NCBI GenBank assembly: GCA_965644295.1
Contig: CBFFRP010000527.1
Location: forward strand, 1-64,000
Length of the DNA: 64,000 nt
Source of the DNA: Paraphysomonas bandaiensis
Taxonomy: Eukaryota; Protista; Chrysophyceae
Direction of reading: 5' to 3'
A model generated the notes under the pieces. That model was not told where the DNA came from. It saw only the letters and a program-made list of their open reading frames with translations, and did no database searches. Made by a program: the position numbers and the translations under genes. Below, one piece after another: positions 59,361-64,000 of this stretch (position 1 is the first letter of the stretch; the number at the start of each line of letters is the position of its first letter).

Positions 59361-60055
59361 GTAGCAGTGCATGTCTTATTATTAGCAATAGGTGTTTAAG
59401 AGTCAGAACTAATTTAGCAAAACAATTTAACTAACTAGTGCTTAACTCTCTCTATATATAATGTCAGATTAGAAATACATTCACCCGTTACAACTATGAG
59501 GTAATTTCACCTGTTGTACACTATATAAACTCACTTACTTCTATTGCACAATATATATTGCATCGTACTGCAGAAATCAACAGCACATATTTCCTATTGT
59601 TAAATATTTTGTTTGAGACTGTGCTTCAAAGGTATTAGAATTATGACTGTTAATGGAAGAATACAGAAGTGGTTAACTGTAATGTTTGGACTAATGTTGT
59701 GATAGCAACCATAGAAGTGGAACTGAAGTATATTGACCGTATAAGATAGGTGGCGTTGATTATAGTGTTTTCAATTTATAATTCCAGCATACAACACTAA
59801 ATCCTACATTCACCTGAAGTCCATAGATGTCAGGTATATGGTATATCATATATCAACATTCTGCTTTCTCACAGCGTTTGCTTTGAGTGATAGAGCGAAA
59901 GGGGTTGCACTTTGGTGCTTGCGGTGACGCACAAGCAGCATTCGTAGCGTTAAATAATAGGATAATCAGAGTTAGGCACTTTTCAGTTAAATTGTTTTGC
60001 TACATTAGTTCTGACGTTTACACGCCTATTGCTAGTATCAGGCATTCACCACTAC
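59361..60055. mobile_element. MITE-like unit with about 90-bp diverged inverted ends, same family
   Basis: GTAGCAGTGCATGTCTTATTATTAGCAATAGG...CAGAACTAAT...TAACTCT matches the reverse complement of about 59968-60055. The same end motif occurs near 34300, 34455 and 57472; no TSD seen. Confidence 0.6.
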
Positions 60056-60272
60056 ATTATATACATATTTCCACTGCTCAAACTTCTGGGACAATTAATT
60101 TTAGTTCGATTCGAAGAGTTTCCCTGCTGTTACTAAAGGGTATAGTTCAAGTAAAATATATTGTAGAGCTCAAATCAAGGCTAATCTACTTAGATTACCA
60201 CCTAATGATTTCTGAATCAACAGCATTCCACTTGACAATGAAACAAGGTACTTCTGTAAACTACAACATTTG

Positions 60273-61179
60273 CTAGTCCGACTTATGATTGTACTCAAAC
60301 TCATTGTATTTCTTCGAACGAAACCTCTGTACATGTGTCTTTATGTCATTCATGAAGCCCACCTATACATCACAAACGTCAACACCACAACACTCTAAAA
60401 TGCAACAATGACATTGCGTGGTAGAGCATATAATAACTTGGAACTGGGAATTACTACTTCCGTTTCGTTATACAACTACAGGAATATATATCGTTCATAA
60501 CCTGGTCGAATTCGCCTTCTCCGGTAAAGTACTTTCCAACATACATCTTTCCTACAGAAGAAATTTACAAAATTACAACCTGAACAATGTAAGCACCTGT
60601 TGTTCGCTGTGTCGAATTATCGACGTTAGGGCGAATTGTCACAGTATAATACTCCTGAAATTTCGGAAACTTTGCATCGACTTTAAATGAAGTACTCTCA
60701 TCGCCCTAAACCCACTTTCAGATATATATTGATATACATATTTATACTTACATTTCGTGGAAGTGTTGTTGCAATTGTGTCTTTGTCGACAAATGTTATA
60801 ATATACTGTAGGATTGTACTAAGAACAAAGTAACTAATAAAAAAAACAAAGTTATAAAATAATGAATTCATATCATCTACATTTACCTGAAACAACAAAC
60901 TCCTAATAGAGGTCTGCTTTCAGGGAATGGAAGTGGATAGAATTGTGCTATCATAGCAAACAAACATGATACAAACATTAAACCAAGTTTAATATTATCA
61001 CTGGTATAGTTGATATCATATCCGTTTTCTTTAAGCTGTATATATATATATATATATGAGTTGTATGTATGTATGTATGTATGTATGAATCTACTCACTG
61101 CTTCAACTGTGGATTCATCTAATACTTGTTTAACTTTAATACTATCACCTGTTTCAATCTTTTGAATCATATCTGTCAT
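60273..61179 (-). CDS. SPCS2: Signal peptidase complex subunit 2 (SPC25), multi-exon
   Basis: GDSIKVKQVLDE/ DNIKLGL...IAQFYPLPFPESRPLLGVCC/ YFVLSTILQ...DKD/ FPKFQEYYTV/ YVGKYFTGEGEFDQ/ VGFMND...KSD*. Confidence 0.9.
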
Positions 61180-62792
61180 GTTGATATTAATGTCTTCTAT
61201 ATTTAAGGTTATGGTGTAATAATCTTATATATATATGTGTGTTTATAGTATAGCCATATAATCATAGGCAGATGGCAGTGTGTACCTCTACATACATACA
61301 TACGGTACATACTGCTGTTTGTATAGCAGTCGGCAACCTCATACTCTTGTACAGAAGTAGAGTATGTATGTATATTACAGGAGTAGGAATGTACTGCTGT
61401 ATACAGTACTGTACAGCAGTGTGTAGATTGGTACGTACCACCAAACTAGTGTATACCGATATATTTATGTACAGCAGTAGGGCGTGGAATACGACATAAT
61501 ATAATCCAGGTACGGTGCGTTGTAGCCCATGGTTTCTAAACGGCAATCTCTGATTGGTTGACTATTCATTTTGACTGGCTGAATTGGTGCAACGTATTCA
61601 TACTTACAGTCCTTATGTATGAAGCGCACTGGAGATGGTATTGGTAAGGAGTAAGGATATATTCGTTTGTAGCATCCATTTCCTAAAATTTTGGTTATCT
61701 TAATATATTGTGTGGTTGTCATTTATACCAGGCCATCATCATTGTTGTTCTGGGGCGCCTTGGAGTACATAGTGCATAGAGAAGCCGTTTATACTTCATA
61801 GTAACTATTATTTCTTTAGTTAGTTATTATTTTAGAAGAATCTCTCAGGTCCCAACCAAAGTTTATTACAATTTCTATACGAGTGTTCAGATAATTAAAT
61901 GACTACATTATATATATGAGGTATTGCAATTAGATCTCTTTCCATTTTACCCAGCATCGTATCATGAAAACGCTGAGTTGTCCCTTCAAAAAAATAGCGC
62001 ATATCTAATTAGATACAATTGAAAAAACAATCGAACATCTGTTCTTAATTCCTGATTATCGTATTATTACATCATTACTTAATAACACACAGAATGTGCG
62101 TGCAAATCGGCATCTTTGGGATGAAATTGTCGTTCAAAAGTACCATTCGAAAAAATAATAGAATTACAGGTAATTAATAGACAACAAGTGTATATTAATG
62201 CAATGTTGATAGTTGGATGCTTGATATATTATAATTTCAGTTATTACTGTTGGATACCTCTCACCAGCTTATAGCCAATTTATTGTTATGTAAGCCTGAT
62301 GTCTACTTATACACATACTAAACGAGCTACCCACGTATATATACCGGTACATTACCGTATACTTTTCAATTCAACTCTTTTCCTAACTGCATACTATACA
62401 GTGGGGTATAACCTACAACAACATTATACTGTCATATATTTTACCTACAACTCAAATCTTCAGTAATGTGACGTATACAAGAATCGCCACAATAGTATTT
62501 GTTCAGCTTTTATGTACACATCATATCAAGAGTGAATTTTAGAAAGCTTCTATACAGCAGTGTTCAATAAATAATATTTATATTTCCCATTTACATTGTC
62601 TGACGTTGTTGAAGCGCATAAGATATTCTACATATAAGTTCATAATTATCAACAACTTATCTGGGTATATCTGGTTCTTTCCTGGCCGAAGCATGGAGAA
62701 ACGAGGATCGCAATAAAACTACCTATTTTAGGCTGAATACACACTCAATAAAAGCCGCACGCACATTGTAATATAATCATCAGTTCTCGTTT

Positions 62793-64000
62793 CTATACAA
62801 CACCGCTTAATGTTGCTGCTACATTGATGTCAGCCTCTTCTAATGCTTTAGTAGATATCTTGGTTCCCATAACATACACAGGTTTTATGTATTCTTCGGT
62901 TGCTTGGGCTTTTTGCGCTAATTTTTCTTCTTTCGCTTCTTTGCGCTTCATGTCCATCACCGTCGACACCATCTCACTGATAAGAATTGAGTTATTCTGT
63001 TCATACTCTTTGATACGCTGAAACCAATCCTCTCTGTCTTCTCCTGATAGTGGAAGAAGGTCCAGAGACTTAAGTAGGTCGAACTTGACATTATGTTCTT
63101 CAATGTTAATCTGAAGGCGTTGATGTTTCATACTGATCCCCATAAACTGTCGTAGTGAATGGGCAGTCCATGACACCTTGGCCTCAGTTCCCTTGGCAGC
63201 AGCAGCTTTAGCAGCGGCCAATTTGTTGCGTTCCAGCATAGGCAAGTGAGGAGTCTCGCCAATGCACCACCCGGGGTTATGGAGGGACCCTTTCAGATCA
63301 TGTATGAGAGCATTACCTTGAGTGGTGCCTTGACAAATACTTTGCCATCCACCCTTGGTGTCAGATATCTGTTGCCAGCCTTCAGGACTGCGGCTGAGTG
63401 CTTGAAGCATTTTCAGTGCTTCAAGTTGAATAATCTCTTCGCTGTAGAGAGCCCTCAAGGCTCCAATAACCAGAGGAACCGCCTTTTTTCGGACAAGGTA
63501 ATCAAGGGCAGGAGAGTGAATGGACGACACTCGAGTGAGAAATAACATTGCTGGAGCAAGGATAAGAGAGTTATTCATGTGTCTTTCCATGCATTTTAAA
63601 ATAACTTTCGCAGCACCCAGCTCATACAGATGAACAACACGGGAGTTAGTGCTCGAGACCCAGTTGAACAATTTTAATACGCACCGAAGTATATTCACAT
63701 TTTTGGAATATTTACGGCAATATAACATGAAGTATGAAAGCATGCGCCGTTCCAAAATTTCGACTCGGCACTCTTCGCTACGACTTGCTTGTAGAACGCC
63801 CGCAGTGCAGTGCTCCACCATTTCGACATTACTCATGTGACGGTGACCCATAGCGAATACAACATTTAGAACGGTGGTATCCTTAATAAGAGCATCTCTG
63901 GTAAAATTACAGTCTAACAATTGACGCAAAATAGCCAGTGCACAAAGCTGAATATCAAAATTATTTCGATGCCTATTTTGGGCTTCAATGGCTAATCGCA
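62793..64000 (-). CDS. Uncharacterised protein with ARM-like helical repeats; 5' end outside window
   Basis: Frame is open from the window edge (RLAIEAQNRHRNNFDIQLCAL...) to the stop at 62793; degenerate ARM-like units such as GAAKVILKCMERH and AVPLVIGALRAL. Confidence 0.75.
   Translation of the reverse strand, partial: RLAIEAQNRHRNNFDIQLCALAILRQLLDCNFTRDALIKDTTVLNVVFAMGHRHMSNVEMVEHCTAGVLQASRSEECRVEILERRMLSYFMLYCRKYSKNVNILRCVLKLFNWVSSTNSRVVHLYELGAAKVILKCMERHMNNSLILAPAMLFLTRVSSIHSPALDYLVRKKAVPLVIGALRALYSEEIIQLEALKMLQALSRSPEGWQQISDTKGGWQSICQGTTQGNALIHDLKGSLHNPGWCIGETPHLPMLERNKLAAAKAAAAKGTEAKVSWTAHSLRQFMGISMKHQRLQINIEEHNVKFDLLKSLDLLPLSGEDREDWFQRIKEYEQNNSILISEMVSTVMDMKRKEAKEEKLAQKAQATEEYIKPVYVMGTKISTKALEEADINVAATLSGVV

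Overview
Eukaryotic nuclear DNA with short GT-AG introns and a flagellar radial-spoke gene; a flagellated protist, probably a stramenopile (inference from gene style only). It holds about 14 host genes: CARM1/PRMT4, DDM1/HELLS, dymeclin, a C2-domain protein, a small membrane protein, a sulfotransferase, RSP3, an EEP-family hydrolase, THOC3, a USP37-like deubiquitinase, a DH-PH RhoGEF, OXA1, SPCS2 and a partial ARM-like protein. There is also an intronless 1893-aa RING/coiled-coil protein with about 41 near-identical 123-bp armadillo repeats that vary at the binding groove. Mobile and repetitive DNA: (1) a young Ty1/Copia element with apparently identical LTRs, flanked by a 380-bp target duplication instead of 5 bp; (2) two hAT derivatives; (3) Penelope-like fragments; (4) a 3.9-kb foldback element with 1687-bp arms; (5) a 143-bp tandem array; (6) a dispersed repeat family that forms a large palindrome; (7) (TACA)n tracts at divergent promoters. 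No CRISPR, tRNA or rRNA genes were seen. All calls come from reading by eye; no searches were run.
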